A stretch of 53,868 nucleotides of DNA from Microcystaceae cyanobacterium (GCA_041746575.1 JBGTGT010000061.1:1-53868), one strand, 5' to 3'. Counted from the first letter of the stretch, positions 9,782-20,764 are shown. Made by a program: numbers and translations. Notes: generated by a model not told the origin, from the sequence alone.

Positions 9782-9923
9782 TAGACATCACCTCTAAATA
9801 ACGCTGATCTTGATCTTAGATTGTTCTTTTAAAAAAGACAATATGACCAAACTTTATGAAAGAAGAAGGGTAGAGTATCATAAATAATAACCGTAATTTT
9901 ATCGCTTAATTTTATCGCTAAAA

Positions 9924-12185
9924 ATGACTGAATCTTCTCGTGATAAACCTCAACAAGGCGGCGGTTTACCCGTCATTCAATATTGGGTTGAAAAAACGAT
10001 AACCCCGACGGGAGTTCAACTTTGGCAAACCTTAAACCATAAAAGTGCTTGTTTATCCTGCGCATGGGGAACAGGCGGACAAAAAGGCGGATTTAGCAAC
10101 GAAGTCGGCGAAAAATTGCAACGATGTGCCAAAAGTGTCGAAGCTATCACCTCAGAATTGCAATCTCCCCTCAAGGCAGACTTTTTTGACCACTATCCCC
10201 TTGAAACCTTACAACAACTAACTTCGCAAGAGTGCGATCGCTTAGGTAGATTGAGCTATCCTGTGATTAAGCGGGCAGATTCTCGCTATTATAAAAAAAT
10301 AGCTTGGGAAGACGTGTATCGTCTCGCAGAACTGGGATTTCGCCAAGATCCTGACCGCATTGCCTCTTATAGTTCGGGACGGTCTTCTAATGAGGCAGCC
10401 TATCTGTTACAGTTAATGATGCGAGCGATCGGCAGTAATAACTTAGCAGATTGTTCTGATTTATGCCATGCACCCTCCACAGTGGGATTAAAGCAGGTTT
10501 TTGGCTCAGGAACATCTATGGTCAGTTTAGAAGGCTTAAAAGAGTCAGATTGTGTGGTCCTAATCGGTTCAAATGCGCCCGCTAACCATCCCCGCCTAAT
10601 GAATGAATTAATCAAATTACGGGATAGAGGGGGAAAAATAATTATTATTAACCCTCAAATTGAAATTGGGCTAGTCAAGTTCGCTTCTCCTGCTTTTCCC
10701 ATTAAATCTCTCCTTAAAGGAGGGTCAGAGATTTCCACTCTGTATTTACCGCTAATCCCCGGCAGTGATACAGCTCTATTAATGGCGTTGCAAAAGTCCT
10801 TAATTGAGCAAAATTTTATCAAAACTGATTATTTACAAGCTTATACGACGGGATGGGAAGCGGTTCTCGAAACTGCACAAAATACAAACTGGGAAACGCT
10901 TACCACAATTTGCGGATTATGTCAAGAAGAAATTGAAGCGGCGGCTTATCTGATTGGGCAATCTCAACGAGTGGTGTTTGCTTGGGCAATGGGCATTACT
11001 CAGCAGGTGAATGGAGTAGATAATGTTCATGCGATTGCTAATACTGCCCTTATAACAGGAAATGCCGGCAAATTGGGGGCAGGAACGATGCCCATTCGGG
11101 GACATTCCAATGTCCAAGGATTTGGTTCGATGGGGGTGACGATTCGTCTTAAAGAAGAGATAAAACAGGCATTATCCGCAATTATTGGTCATTCTATTGA
11201 TACTGACAAGGGATATCACGCTCGCTCTTTAATAGATGCCGCAGAAGCAGGGCAAGTTGACACGCTATTCTGTTTAGGGGGAAATTTCTATGGAGCAAAT
11301 CCTGACTCAAATCAAGCCAAAAGAGCCTTATCTCAAATAAAAACAATATTTTATGTAGCAACAAAACCAAATTTAGGTCATTTTCACGGCTTAGCGAAGG
11401 AAGACACCCTAATTCTTCCTGTTTTTACGCGCTTTGAAAATCCGCATCGAACCACAACGGAGTCGGGGAACAATTTTGTACGCTTAAATGATGTCGGGAA
11501 AAGTCATATTTCCGAAGCAGAAGGAGACTTGATTTCTGAAGTTGAATTAATCACCGAAATTGCCCATCGTTGCTTAGGAGAAACCCCAATTAATTGGCGT
11601 AAATTACAAGACACTCAATACATAAGAGCGTTAATTGCCAGAACCATTCCGGGGTATCAAAAAATAGATCAAATTGATCAAACGAAAGCAGAATTTACCA
11701 TTGAAGGACGCATTTTTACCGAACCTAAATTTGCAACACCATCGGGAAAAGCCCAAATGTTTGTGACGCCTTTACCCCAATTATATTTGCCTCAGAAAAG
11801 TGATTTTGACATTGCTGAAACCACAAAAGGGATGACGATGATTTTGGGAACCGGCCGCAGTTACGGACAACATAACACCGTGGTTTATAATACCACTGAT
11901 AAGTACCGAGGCATGACCCATCGTCATTGTATTTTAATGAATGGAGGGGATGTTAAAAAAGCGCAATTAAAGGAGCATCAACGGGTAACCGTTAAAGGAG
12001 ATGCGGGCGAACTAGATCAAATTGAAATTATTTGCGGTAGCATAAGAGAAGGCACTGCTTTTATGTTTTATCCTGAAGCCAACGTTTTATTTAAAGCTAA
12101 AATTGAGCCGAAAAGTGGGACACCTGCTTATAAAAGAGTTCCTATTTGTGTTTATGTGAAAGATGCCAAGAATAAGGGTTTATAG
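9924..12185 (+). CDS. FdhF/YdeP family molybdopterin oxidoreductase
   Basis: CLSCAW, SSGRSSNEAAY, DCSDLCH, NHPRL and PIRGHSNVQG motifs. Confidence 0.9.
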   Translation: MTESSRDKPQQGGGLPVIQYWVEKTITPTGVQLWQTLNHKSACLSCAWGTGGQKGGFSNEVGEKLQRCAKSVEAITSELQSPLKADFFDHYPLETLQQLTSQECDRLGRLSYPVIKRADSRYYKKIAWEDVYRLAELGFRQDPDRIASYSSGRSSNEAAYLLQLMMRAIGSNNLADCSDLCHAPSTVGLKQVFGSGTSMVSLEGLKESDCVVLIGSNAPANHPRLMNELIKLRDRGGKIIIINPQIEIGLVKFASPAFPIKSLLKGGSEISTLYLPLIPGSDTALLMALQKSLIEQNFIKTDYLQAYTTGWEAVLETAQNTNWETLTTICGLCQEEIEAAAYLIGQSQRVVFAWAMGITQQVNGVDNVHAIANTALITGNAGKLGAGTMPIRGHSNVQGFGSMGVTIRLKEEIKQALSAIIGHSIDTDKGYHARSLIDAAEAGQVDTLFCLGGNFYGANPDSNQAKRALSQIKTIFYVATKPNLGHFHGLAKEDTLILPVFTRFENPHRTTTESGNNFVRLNDVGKSHISEAEGDLISEVELITEIAHRCLGETPINWRKLQDTQYIRALIARTIPGYQKIDQIDQTKAEFTIEGRIFTEPKFATPSGKAQMFVTPLPQLYLPQKSDFDIAETTKGMTMILGTGRSYGQHNTVVYNTTDKYRGMTHRHCILMNGGDVKKAQLKEHQRVTVKGDAGELDQIEIICGSIREGTAFMFYPEANVLFKAKIEPKSGTPAYKRVPICVYVKDAKNKGL

Positions 12186-12301
12186 ATGTTACTTGATTGC
12201 TTAATTTAATTTATTTATATTCATCCAATGTGACGGCTTAGGAAAACCTTGCGTTAGGATAAATCAGTGCCTCTGAATTGTCTTACCTATTCAAAGCTAT
12301 T

Positions 12302-14359
12302 ATGCCTAATCGTCTCGCCCGAAGCCAAAGCCTCTACCTTCGTAAACACGCAGATAACCCAATAGACTGGTGGTATTGGTGCGATGAAGCTCTTGCAATC
12401 GCTCAAGCTCAAGATAAACCCATTTTTCTCTCCATTGGTTACTCTAGCTGTCATTGGTGTACGGTGATGGAAGGAGAAGCCTTTTCGGATGAAGCGATCG
12501 CCGATTATCTTAACACGCATTTTCTGCCCATCAAAGTTGATCGTGAAGAACGCCCTGATCTCGATAGCATTTATATGCAAGCCTTGCAAATGATGACAGG
12601 GCAAGGGGGATGGCCGTTAAATATCTTCTTAACGCCCGATGAGCGCGTTCCTTTCTACGGAGGGACGTATTTCCCCATTGAATCTCGTTTTAATCGTCCG
12701 GCTTTTCTGGAAATCTTGAAAGCGATTCGACATTTTTATGATACCGAAAAAGAAAAATTAAAAAACATTAAAGACGAAATTCTTAACGGTTTAAAGCAAA
12801 CTATCTATCTTCCCCTCGATAACACCGCCTTTGCCCCAGAATTACTCTATCGAGGGATTGAAACCAATACAGCAGTTTTAGAGAGAAAAATCACCCAAAT
12901 TCATCAACCCAGTTTCCCGATGATTCCCTATGCCAATTTAGCGTTACAGGGCAGTCGTTTTCGCTTTGAATCTCGCTACGATGGCAATTTTCTGAGTATC
13001 CAACGGGGGGAAGATTTAGCATTAGGAGGAATCTGTGACCATGTAGGAGGTGGATTTCATCGTTATACCGTAGATGCAACGTGGACAGTTCCTCATTTTG
13101 AGAAAATGCTTTACGATAACGGTCAAATTGTTGAATATTTAGCGAATTTGTGGAGCAAAGGTCAGCAAGAACCGGCTTTTCAAAGAGCGATCGCCAAGAC
13201 GGTACAATGGTTACAACGAGAAATGACAGCCCCTCAAGGTTATTTCTATGCGGCACAAGATGCAGATAACTTTACGAATGCCCAAGAGAGCGAGCCAGAG
13301 GAAGGGGAATTTTACGTCTGGAAATATGCTGAATTAACCACATTATTAACCGCAGACGCGCTAAAAACCCTAGAAGAAACCTTCCTGCTCACCCCAGAAG
13401 GCAATTTTGAAGGCAGTAACGTCTTACAGCGTCGCCAAGGGGGAGAATTGTCGCTCTTAGTTGAAAATATTTTAGAAATTCTTTTTACTGCCCGTTATGG
13501 TCAAAAATCTTCCGAATTAACCTCTTTTCCTGCCGCTAGAAATAACCGAGACGCAAAAAGCTTAGATTGGTTAGGCCGAATTCCCCCCGTCACTGATACC
13601 AAGATGATTGTCGCATGGAATAGCTTGATGATTTCTGGGTTAGCGAGGGCGTATGCCGTCTTTAAAATCGAGCAGTATTGGGAATTAGCAACGAAAGCAA
13701 TTAATTTTATCCTTGAACATCAATGGGTGCAAGGAAGACTCCATCGCTTGAACTATGAGGGAAATCCATCCGTTTTAGCTCAATCTGAAGACTATGCCTT
13801 GATCATTAAGGCTCTCTTGGATTTGCAATCAGCTTGTCCTCAAGACACCCAATGGCTCGAAAAAGCAATGGACGTGCAACAGGAATTTGATCATTATTTC
13901 AGTCATCCTGAGAGAGGGGGGTATTATAATAACGCTGCCGATAATTGCCAAGATATTTTGATTCGAGAGCAAAGTTATATTGATAATGCTACCCCGTCTG
14001 CCAATGGCATTGCGATCGCTAATTTGATTCGTTTAGGTCATTTAACCAGCAACACAACGTATTTTACCCAAGCTGAACAGGGATTACGATCTTTTCACGT
14101 CATGATGAAGAAATCGCCTCAAGCTTGTCCGAGTTTATTAACAGCCTTAGATTGGTATTTTCAGGGAAATTTAGTCAGAGCAAAAATAGATGCGTTAAAT
14201 GTCTTAGTTTCTCAATACCACCCTACTGTTTGTTACCGTTTTGATACGCAATTACCTCAAGCGGCCGTGGCAATGGTGTGTGAGCGATTTTCTTGCTTAG
14301 AACCAGCCAAAACCCTTGAAGATTTATTAAATCAACTGCAACCTTATGCTCAATCCTAA
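12302..14359 (+). CDS. YyaL/SPATA20-like thioredoxin-domain protein (DUF255)
   Basis: NRL...SLYLRKHA.NP, SIGYSSCHWC, KVDREERPD and VPHFEKMLYDN motifs. Confidence 0.92.
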   Translation: MPNRLARSQSLYLRKHADNPIDWWYWCDEALAIAQAQDKPIFLSIGYSSCHWCTVMEGEAFSDEAIADYLNTHFLPIKVDREERPDLDSIYMQALQMMTGQGGWPLNIFLTPDERVPFYGGTYFPIESRFNRPAFLEILKAIRHFYDTEKEKLKNIKDEILNGLKQTIYLPLDNTAFAPELLYRGIETNTAVLERKITQIHQPSFPMIPYANLALQGSRFRFESRYDGNFLSIQRGEDLALGGICDHVGGGFHRYTVDATWTVPHFEKMLYDNGQIVEYLANLWSKGQQEPAFQRAIAKTVQWLQREMTAPQGYFYAAQDADNFTNAQESEPEEGEFYVWKYAELTTLLTADALKTLEETFLLTPEGNFEGSNVLQRRQGGELSLLVENILEILFTARYGQKSSELTSFPAARNNRDAKSLDWLGRIPPVTDTKMIVAWNSLMISGLARAYAVFKIEQYWELATKAINFILEHQWVQGRLHRLNYEGNPSVLAQSEDYALIIKALLDLQSACPQDTQWLEKAMDVQQEFDHYFSHPERGGYYNNAADNCQDILIREQSYIDNATPSANGIAIANLIRLGHLTSNTTYFTQAEQGLRSFHVMMKKSPQACPSLLTALDWYFQGNLVRAKIDALNVLVSQYHPTVCYRFDTQLPQAAVAMVCERFSCLEPAKTLEDLLNQLQPYAQS

Positions 14360-14375
14360 AGCCTACCCTAAAAAG

Positions 14376-14774
14376 ATGAAAATTTTTGCCCTCATCTGGG
14401 TTGCGCTGTCTTTCTTGACGCTTCCCGTCCTTGCCCTAGAATATCAAGGCAGAAACCTTGATGGGCAGAAAATCCCTGCCAAAGCTTATTATCAAGGAAC
14501 AGGTGGGGTTTATAACGTCCAAGTGTTATTTGAAGGTAATAGAGCCACTCTCTTCTTTGCTGAAGGGGGACAGACCACGATTCAACTCAGACAATCGGTG
14601 ATTACTGATCTCGATCATATTCAAGGGATAGGGCGGCTGGGACAGATCCGAGTGGGGAATTCTGTCAGTCTCGGTTTAGAAACGAATGAAGGCAATTGGG
14701 GGACACAAGGTTCTCAAGGGGTCAATGATATCTGGCGACTTAGCCTCTCTGCCGACGATTTAGCGGAATTTTGA
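14376..14774 (+). CDS. hypothetical secreted protein
   Basis: Signal-peptide-like MKIFALIWVALSFLTLPVLA; follows the yyaL-like gene closely. Confidence 0.7.
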   Translation: MKIFALIWVALSFLTLPVLALEYQGRNLDGQKIPAKAYYQGTGGVYNVQVLFEGNRATLFFAEGGQTTIQLRQSVITDLDHIQGIGRLGQIRVGNSVSLGLETNEGNWGTQGSQGVNDIWRLSLSADDLAEF

Positions 14775-14840
14775 GGCAAGAAAATTCTGGGAGTGGCTGG
14801 TTATAAGTAATAATTGCCTGAAAATCCCTGATCATCCCGA

Positions 14841-17800
14841 TTATTTATCATTTTTCTGTTCAGAGATTCGCTGTATAACCGCCTTTTGGTTTTCAGTCAA
14901 TCCTGTTAGATTTTGAACATTTATTCCTTTATAAGGATTGTCCAAAACAAACGTGTCAAGACAATTCGCTGTTTTTAGCTCCCAAATTTGCATTGAGCCT
15001 ATCAAGTTGCCACTGATCAGATATTTCCCATCACTCGTAAAAGCGATCGCTTTTGTCCCTTCCTCACAAGAAAAAATATGCTGACATTTCCCTGTTTTTA
15101 GCTCCCAAAGGCGAATAGTTTGATCTATGCTACTACTAGCTAACCATTGACCGTCAGGACTAATGATAACTGACCAAATTATCCCTTTATGTCCCCTCAG
15201 AATTTGTGCATTGCCACTATTAATCTCCCACAAGCGCAGGGTGGCATCCTCTCCTGCACTGATTAACTGACCTTGTGGACTGATGACGACCGACCACACC
15301 CATCCTGTATGACCTTGCAATATTTTATAACAGTTCCCCTGAGGCAGATTCCAAAGTCTAATCGTTTTATCCACACCACCACTCACAAAAAAGCAATTAT
15401 CTGGACTAAAACAGGTAGATAAGACCCATCCTTGATGCCCGAATAGACGTTTTCCGCCGGACCTTTTTTTGAGATTCCAAAGCAGAAGGGTTTCATCCTC
15501 ACCCCCGCTCGCTAACCAATGACCATCTGGACTAAACGTCACCGACCAAACCCTTTTTTGATGTAGAGGACGCAATATTTCTGTTTGTTCAGCTTGCCAA
15601 TGCCATAAACAAACTTTACCATCATCGGCCCCACTTGCCAGTAACTGACCATCTGGACTAAAACGAACAGAACGAATTGTTTTTGAGGATAATTGCCGTT
15701 TATATAGACAATTTCTCTGCTGAATTCCCCAGATTCGGACTAATCCATCAGAACTTCCACTGGCAAATAGGGACTCTGGGTGATGAATCGCTAAGGTCGT
15801 CACTGCATTTTGATAAGCTTGTAGGGTTTGTAATTGTTGACCTGTTATCGGATTCCAGAAAATAACTTGTTGTTTATCGCATCCGGCGAGGGTGTTGCCA
15901 TCTGGGCTAAAGGCAATTGACCAAACTTGGCTATTATAGCCCATGAAGGTTTGAAAGCATTGATTATCTTCCAAATCCCAGAGTTTAATCGTTTTTTGGT
16001 CGCTAAGGGCTAAGGTTTGTCCATCTGGACTAAATGCAATCCCCCAAACCGCCGTTAATTCTTCTTTCCACGTCGTTATACAGCTTTCTGTCTCAAGGTT
16101 CCAAATTTTTACGCTCTCAGCCGCACTGGTTGCCATTAAAAGTCGATTAGGATGAAAAGCGATACCCGTAATTCTCGAACGATGACCGCTCCAACGTTGA
16201 GACGCTATCCATTTTCCCTGCAACCAATGCCATCGTTGAATTTCTCCTGTTCCGCCACCACTGGCAAGAATCCGACCATCAGAGCTAAAATTGACATATG
16301 TTACCCCTTCAGTACATCCTGCTAAGGTTTGCTGACACTCTCCTGTTTTGACATCCCATAGCTTAATCGTACCATCTCGGCTACCACTCGCTAAAGTATT
16401 GCCATCAGGACGAAAAGCTAAACTCCAAATCCAATTTTGATGACCCCTCATCCGACAAATGGGTTGTTCAGTGGTTAAATGCCAAAGAATAATATGACCC
16501 TCAAAACTCCCACTTGCGAGGGTTTGTTGCTCAGAATTAAAGGCTAAACACCAAACGGTTTGTTGATGCTCTTGCCAAGTAGAAATTAACGCTCCATCAG
16601 CTATTCGCCAGAGACGTATTTCGCCATTTTGATGACCCGTTGCTAACAGTTTGCTATCTTGGCTGAAAGCGAGAGAATAAATATTGTCAAATGTCTGCCG
16701 AAAAACACATCCTGAAACATTGGCAGAAGAAAGGTTAACATCATGCAAATTCGTTTCTTTTAGATAGACTTGCCATAGGGTTAAATGAGATAAATCTAAT
16801 CCTGTTAAATCGGTGGATAGTTGCACCAAAAGATTTAATAAATTTCCCCCTAAATAACCGGGTTCTACCGGAGACATTTCTCGTAGGATTTGTAGCATTT
16901 TTCGTAATTGTTGCTCTACCTTTGATTGACTTCCTAACTGAATTTTTAATTGTTCTAATAATGGCAAGACTAAAAATTGAATTTGAGATTGTCGGATATA
17001 ATCTTTATCTTGAGCTTTTAATAAACCATATTGTTTGAGAAAACAAGTATCATCAAGAGACACATTCACAATTTCTTGACGAATTTTGTTAATTAACTTT
17101 TCAGTTAAGTACTCCATTAAAACAGGATGTAATTCATAAGACGAGCTAGATTCTGCCGTGGTTTCAATGAGCGATCGCTGACTGAGAAATTCTAGGGTTT
17201 CTAAAAGTCGAGATAAAGAAATAGGCGGAAATAGGTAAAGCTGTAATTTCTCAATATTCCTGGGATAGCGTGCGATAGTTAATTCGTATAGAACTTGTGT
17301 TTCGAGCGGTGATAATCTTTCAAGTTGTTGTTCAAATAAAATTCTAATTCCATGAAACACTTCAATTTTTTGTATCAGGAAAGGCTGAACTTTGCCGGCA
17401 AATAAGGTTTGAATGGAAGTTGCAACCATTTTTAAGGCAAGCGGATTTCCTTGATACAATTGCGTTAGGTTTTTTAAGTCTTCTTCTGTTCCTTCTAAGG
17501 CTTTTGTTTTGAGAATCATTTCTCCTGCTTTAGCTTCGATTCCTTTAAGCAATAAAGAGCGAATCGGCAGATTTTGATTTTCGTATAAAGTAAAAATTTG
17601 TGGTTTTTCTCGACTCGTCAGAATCAGACAGCTTTGATGATTATTCATAAGCATTCTTTCTAAGAATTCTTCGTATAAATCATAGTCAGACTGATAACAT
17701 CCCACTGAATCTTTCGCTTGAAAAAGCGTTTCCAAATTATCTAAAATCAACAGACAACGAAACTCTTTAAAAAAGTTTAAAATGGCTGTAATTTGCTGAC

Positions 17801-18386
17801 GGACGGTGGAAAATTGAGATGGACTTTCGACAAAAACAGCTAAAATCGTTTCAAGAAGTTCGTTTAAAGAAGGGGCATGACGAAGCGATCGCCAGATAAT
17901 ATAAGAAAAGTGTTCGGTGAGTTGATGTGCCAGTTGAGTCGCGAGGGTGGTTTTGCCAATGCCTCCCATCCCTAAAATAGCAATTAAGCGAGAATGATCT
18001 GAAATAATACACTGTCTTAACCCCTCAATTTCCGGTTGACGACCATAAAAATCGCTAATCTCGCTAGATTCTCCCCAATCTTGTTGTGCTTTCTGGGTGA
18101 TATCAGAAGGTTGATAAGGTTGATTATAATCTTCAGAAATGAGGGTTAAATTTAGCACCGTAAATAAGAGTTCTAAACTGGTTTTATCAACACTTTCCTG
18201 TCGCAATACTTTTCGGACTGTTGTGGGATGCAATCCTGCTGGATCATTCAATTGAGCGATCTCTGCGATTTTACTGGCACTATATTTAATTCCTTTGGTA
18301 CTTTCTAAGTCATAGATACGCTGCTGAAGTTTTTTTAAGCCTTCAAAAGTGAGAATACACCCTCTTTGTCGTCGTTTTACAGGCAT
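14841..18386 (-). CDS. STAND NTPase: N-terminal HTH-like domain, NB-ARC and about 14 WD40 repeats
   Basis: FYGR, Walker A GMGGIGKTT, Walker B LLILDNLE, GNPLAL, LHP, a pentapeptide-like linker, and repeated GH..VWS.AFSPDG..LASG..D.TI.LW units. Confidence 0.93.
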   Translation of the reverse strand: MPVKRRQRGCILTFEGLKKLQQRIYDLESTKGIKYSASKIAEIAQLNDPAGLHPTTVRKVLRQESVDKTSLELLFTVLNLTLISEDYNQPYQPSDITQKAQQDWGESSEISDFYGRQPEIEGLRQCIISDHSRLIAILGMGGIGKTTLATQLAHQLTEHFSYIIWRSLRHAPSLNELLETILAVFVESPSQFSTVRQQITAILNFFKEFRCLLILDNLETLFQAKDSVGCYQSDYDLYEEFLERMLMNNHQSCLILTSREKPQIFTLYENQNLPIRSLLLKGIEAKAGEMILKTKALEGTEEDLKNLTQLYQGNPLALKMVATSIQTLFAGKVQPFLIQKIEVFHGIRILFEQQLERLSPLETQVLYELTIARYPRNIEKLQLYLFPPISLSRLLETLEFLSQRSLIETTAESSSSYELHPVLMEYLTEKLINKIRQEIVNVSLDDTCFLKQYGLLKAQDKDYIRQSQIQFLVLPLLEQLKIQLGSQSKVEQQLRKMLQILREMSPVEPGYLGGNLLNLLVQLSTDLTGLDLSHLTLWQVYLKETNLHDVNLSSANVSGCVFRQTFDNIYSLAFSQDSKLLATGHQNGEIRLWRIADGALISTWQEHQQTVWCLAFNSEQQTLASGSFEGHIILWHLTTEQPICRMRGHQNWIWSLAFRPDGNTLASGSRDGTIKLWDVKTGECQQTLAGCTEGVTYVNFSSDGRILASGGGTGEIQRWHWLQGKWIASQRWSGHRSRITGIAFHPNRLLMATSAAESVKIWNLETESCITTWKEELTAVWGIAFSPDGQTLALSDQKTIKLWDLEDNQCFQTFMGYNSQVWSIAFSPDGNTLAGCDKQQVIFWNPITGQQLQTLQAYQNAVTTLAIHHPESLFASGSSDGLVRIWGIQQRNCLYKRQLSSKTIRSVRFSPDGQLLASGADDGKVCLWHWQAEQTEILRPLHQKRVWSVTFSPDGHWLASGGEDETLLLWNLKKRSGGKRLFGHQGWVLSTCFSPDNCFFVSGGVDKTIRLWNLPQGNCYKILQGHTGWVWSVVISPQGQLISAGEDATLRLWEINSGNAQILRGHKGIIWSVIISPDGQWLASSSIDQTIRLWELKTGKCQHIFSCEEGTKAIAFTSDGKYLISGNLIGSMQIWELKTANCLDTFVLDNPYKGINVQNLTGLTENQKAVIQRISEQKNDK

Positions 18387-18570
18387 AAGCTGTTAACCTA
18401 ATATAAGACTAAGTTGGTTTGTTTCAAATCACCTCAACCTAGCATTTTTTCCATTTGCTGACGGTGGTAAAAATGCGATCGGTTTTCATTTATAATTATT
18501 TTTATCTACCATTTTATTGAGTCTGATTTCTAAGGATATAGATTCAGTATTCAGGAGAAATCGAGATAAA

Positions 18571-19020
18571 TTAGGACAAGAAAGCATCAAAAACATTTAA
18601 GGTTTGTAGGCGCATCGTCGCCACTAACGCGTCATATTGGAGTTTGATTCGTAACATAGATCGCACCCTTGCCCTTAATTCTAAGCGATTAATGGGTTTG
18701 GATAAAAAATCATCGGCTCCGGCGTCTAAACAACGGGCTAAATCTTCCTTAGAATCTAAAGCAGTTACCATAATAATGGGAATCGGTTGCCAACTTGAAT
18801 TGGCTTTAATGCGTTGACAGGTTTCAATTCCGTCTAATTCCGGCATCATTACATCTAGAAGAATGACATCGGGTTGAATTTCGTCTAAACGTTCTAAGGC
18901 AATTTTGCCACTCGCCAGATAAACGAATTGATAGTCTTCTCGCATTAATAAGCCTTCAATGACATCAAAGATACTTTCTTCGTCGTCAATCACTAAAATA
19001 GTATGTTTTTTGCGATCCAT
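18571..19020 (-). CDS. response regulator (REC plus short helix)
   Basis: ILVIDD, LLDVMMP, MVTA and DFLSKP motifs; no output domain. Confidence 0.92.
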   Translation of the reverse strand: MDRKKHTILVIDDEESIFDVIEGLLMREDYQFVYLASGKIALERLDEIQPDVILLDVMMPELDGIETCQRIKANSSWQPIPIIMVTALDSKEDLARCLDAGADDFLSKPINRLELRARVRSMLRIKLQYDALVATMRLQTLNVFDAFLS

Positions 19021-19036
19021 ATTGATTCAAATTACT

Positions 19037-20764
19037 TTAAGAAAAATATTGACAAATTAATTCCTTTAGTATATCCAACTGAATCGGTTTCACACAATAA
19101 TGATTTGCGCCTGCCTTTAAACAGCGTTCTAGATTGGGGGAAATCGCAATGGACGTTAAGGCAATAATGGGTATTGTCTTCAGATTGGTCTGAGTACGAA
19201 TTCGACGAATCGCTTCTAGTCCATCGAGTTCGGGTATTTGTAAATCAATTATTATTAAATCAGGAATCTGGTCTTGGGCTATTTTAATCGCTTCTAACCC
19301 ATTTCTGCTTAATAACACCCTAAATTCTTCTGCTTCTAAAAACGTTTTCATCATGGCTAAATTCTTTTCATTATCTTCTACTAATAAGATGCTAGGTGTT
19401 GTTGACGTAAACTGAAAAGAAGAAACCGAGTCTTCTATTTTTTCGGATGAAGATTGAGGTAATTTCCAAGGAAGAATCACGCTAAATCGACTGCCTTGGT
19501 TAATTTCGCTTTCGACTGCCACACTTCCTCCATGTAAATCCGCTAAACGATGAACTAACGCTAATCCTAATCCTGTCCCTGCGTAACGACGGGAAAAAGA
19601 GCTATCTAGCTGGACAAAAGGCTGAAAAAGCTGGTCTAAGTGGTCTATTTTGATGCCAATTCCCGTGTCAATAACGCTTATTTTTGTTATTTGTTTTCCT
19701 ACATCTTCTGTCGCTTCTAACGAAATTTGACCCCCATCCGGAGTAAATTTGACTGCATTACTGAGCAAGTTAATAAAAATTTGACGCATTCGCCGTTCAT
19801 CGGCCTGTATGACCGTCAAATCTTGGGGAATTTTGTTAATAAGTGTAATTTGCTTATTTTGTGCCTGTTGTCGGACAAAGATTAAGCTAGATTCTGTTAA
19901 AGTGTGAGGAGAAACAGAACTATATTGTAGTTCCATTTTGCCCGATTCAATCTTGGAGAGATCGAGTAAATCATTAATTAACTCTAATAAGTGTCTGCCA
20001 CTCTCTTCAATGGTATTAACAGATTTTTCTTGTTTAGAGGTTAAATTTCCATAGACTTCTTCTTTTAATACCTCTGCAAGTCCAATTATTGCGGTTAAAG
20101 GTGTCCGTAGTTCATGACTCATGGTGGAGAGAAATTCATCTTTAAGACGAGTGACTTTGGCTAATTCAGCATTGGCAAGACTTAATTGTTCGTTGCTTTG
20201 TTGCTGTTTTTGGTAGAGTTGATAATTATCGATGGCGGTGGCCGCTCTTTCGGCAAATAACTCGGCTAAATATACCTCTTCTTCTGAAAATTGACGAACT
20301 TGATGCTGAAATGAACAAATAGTACCGATAACCTCTCCTGAAGGTAAGCGTAGAGGAACACCGAGATAAGCGCGGTATCCGTTTGGGCAACTGCCATATT
20401 CAGTTATTTGGGTCGCATCGGAAACCACAAGAGGACGACCTAAGGAAGCCACTGTCCCTGTCAATGTACCATGAAGGTAATAAACTTGATTCATGGCTTC
20501 ACCAATATCTAGACTACTGGCTAGAATACGCTCAGCGTCTCCTTTACATAAGGTTACCACTGACCAATCAATTTCCATTAATTGACTGACATTTTCGGTG
20601 ATTTCCTGCAAATAATGGTTAAGATTGCCATTGCGATAGCTTAACGAGGCTAAAACTTTGATGGCTCCAATCAGACGGTGAACCCGTTGGTCGTGTTGTT
20701 GTCGTTGAGGATGAACAATCCGGCGAGACAATTGTTGAAAAAACGAGGAAAAGCGAGAAAACAC
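19037..20764 (-). CDS. cytoplasmic hybrid histidine kinase (GAF-HisKA-HATPase-REC)
   Basis: GAF YLGVPL..GTIC, MSHELRTPL, NLLSNAVKFT, DTGIG, GTGLGL and a C-terminal REC domain. Confidence 0.93.
   Translation of the reverse strand: MFSRFSSFFQQLSRRIVHPQRQQHDQRVHRLIGAIKVLASLSYRNGNLNHYLQEITENVSQLMEIDWSVVTLCKGDAERILASSLDIGEAMNQVYYLHGTLTGTVASLGRPLVVSDATQITEYGSCPNGYRAYLGVPLRLPSGEVIGTICSFQHQVRQFSEEEVYLAELFAERAATAIDNYQLYQKQQQSNEQLSLANAELAKVTRLKDEFLSTMSHELRTPLTAIIGLAEVLKEEVYGNLTSKQEKSVNTIEESGRHLLELINDLLDLSKIESGKMELQYSSVSPHTLTESSLIFVRQQAQNKQITLINKIPQDLTVIQADERRMRQIFINLLSNAVKFTPDGGQISLEATEDVGKQITKISVIDTGIGIKIDHLDQLFQPFVQLDSSFSRRYAGTGLGLALVHRLADLHGGSVAVESEINQGSRFSVILPWKLPQSSSEKIEDSVSSFQFTSTTPSILLVEDNEKNLAMMKTFLEAEEFRVLLSRNGLEAIKIAQDQIPDLIIIDLQIPELDGLEAIRRIRTQTNLKTIPIIALTSIAISPNLERCLKAGANHYCVKPIQLDILKELICQYFS

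Noticed and set aside
14841..16700. Periodic DNA similarity (ccatctggactaaa-like units) resembling a repeat array or CRISPR
   Set aside because: These are WD40 coding repeats (FSPDG). There is no repeat-spacer structure and no cas gene.
18388..18420. Possible fifth motif copy upstream of the STAND gene (GTTAACCTAATATAAGACTAAGTT); also GTTAAG at 20781 and 24488
   Set aside because: Spacing, the GAG core and the AGATAR element do not match the consensus.
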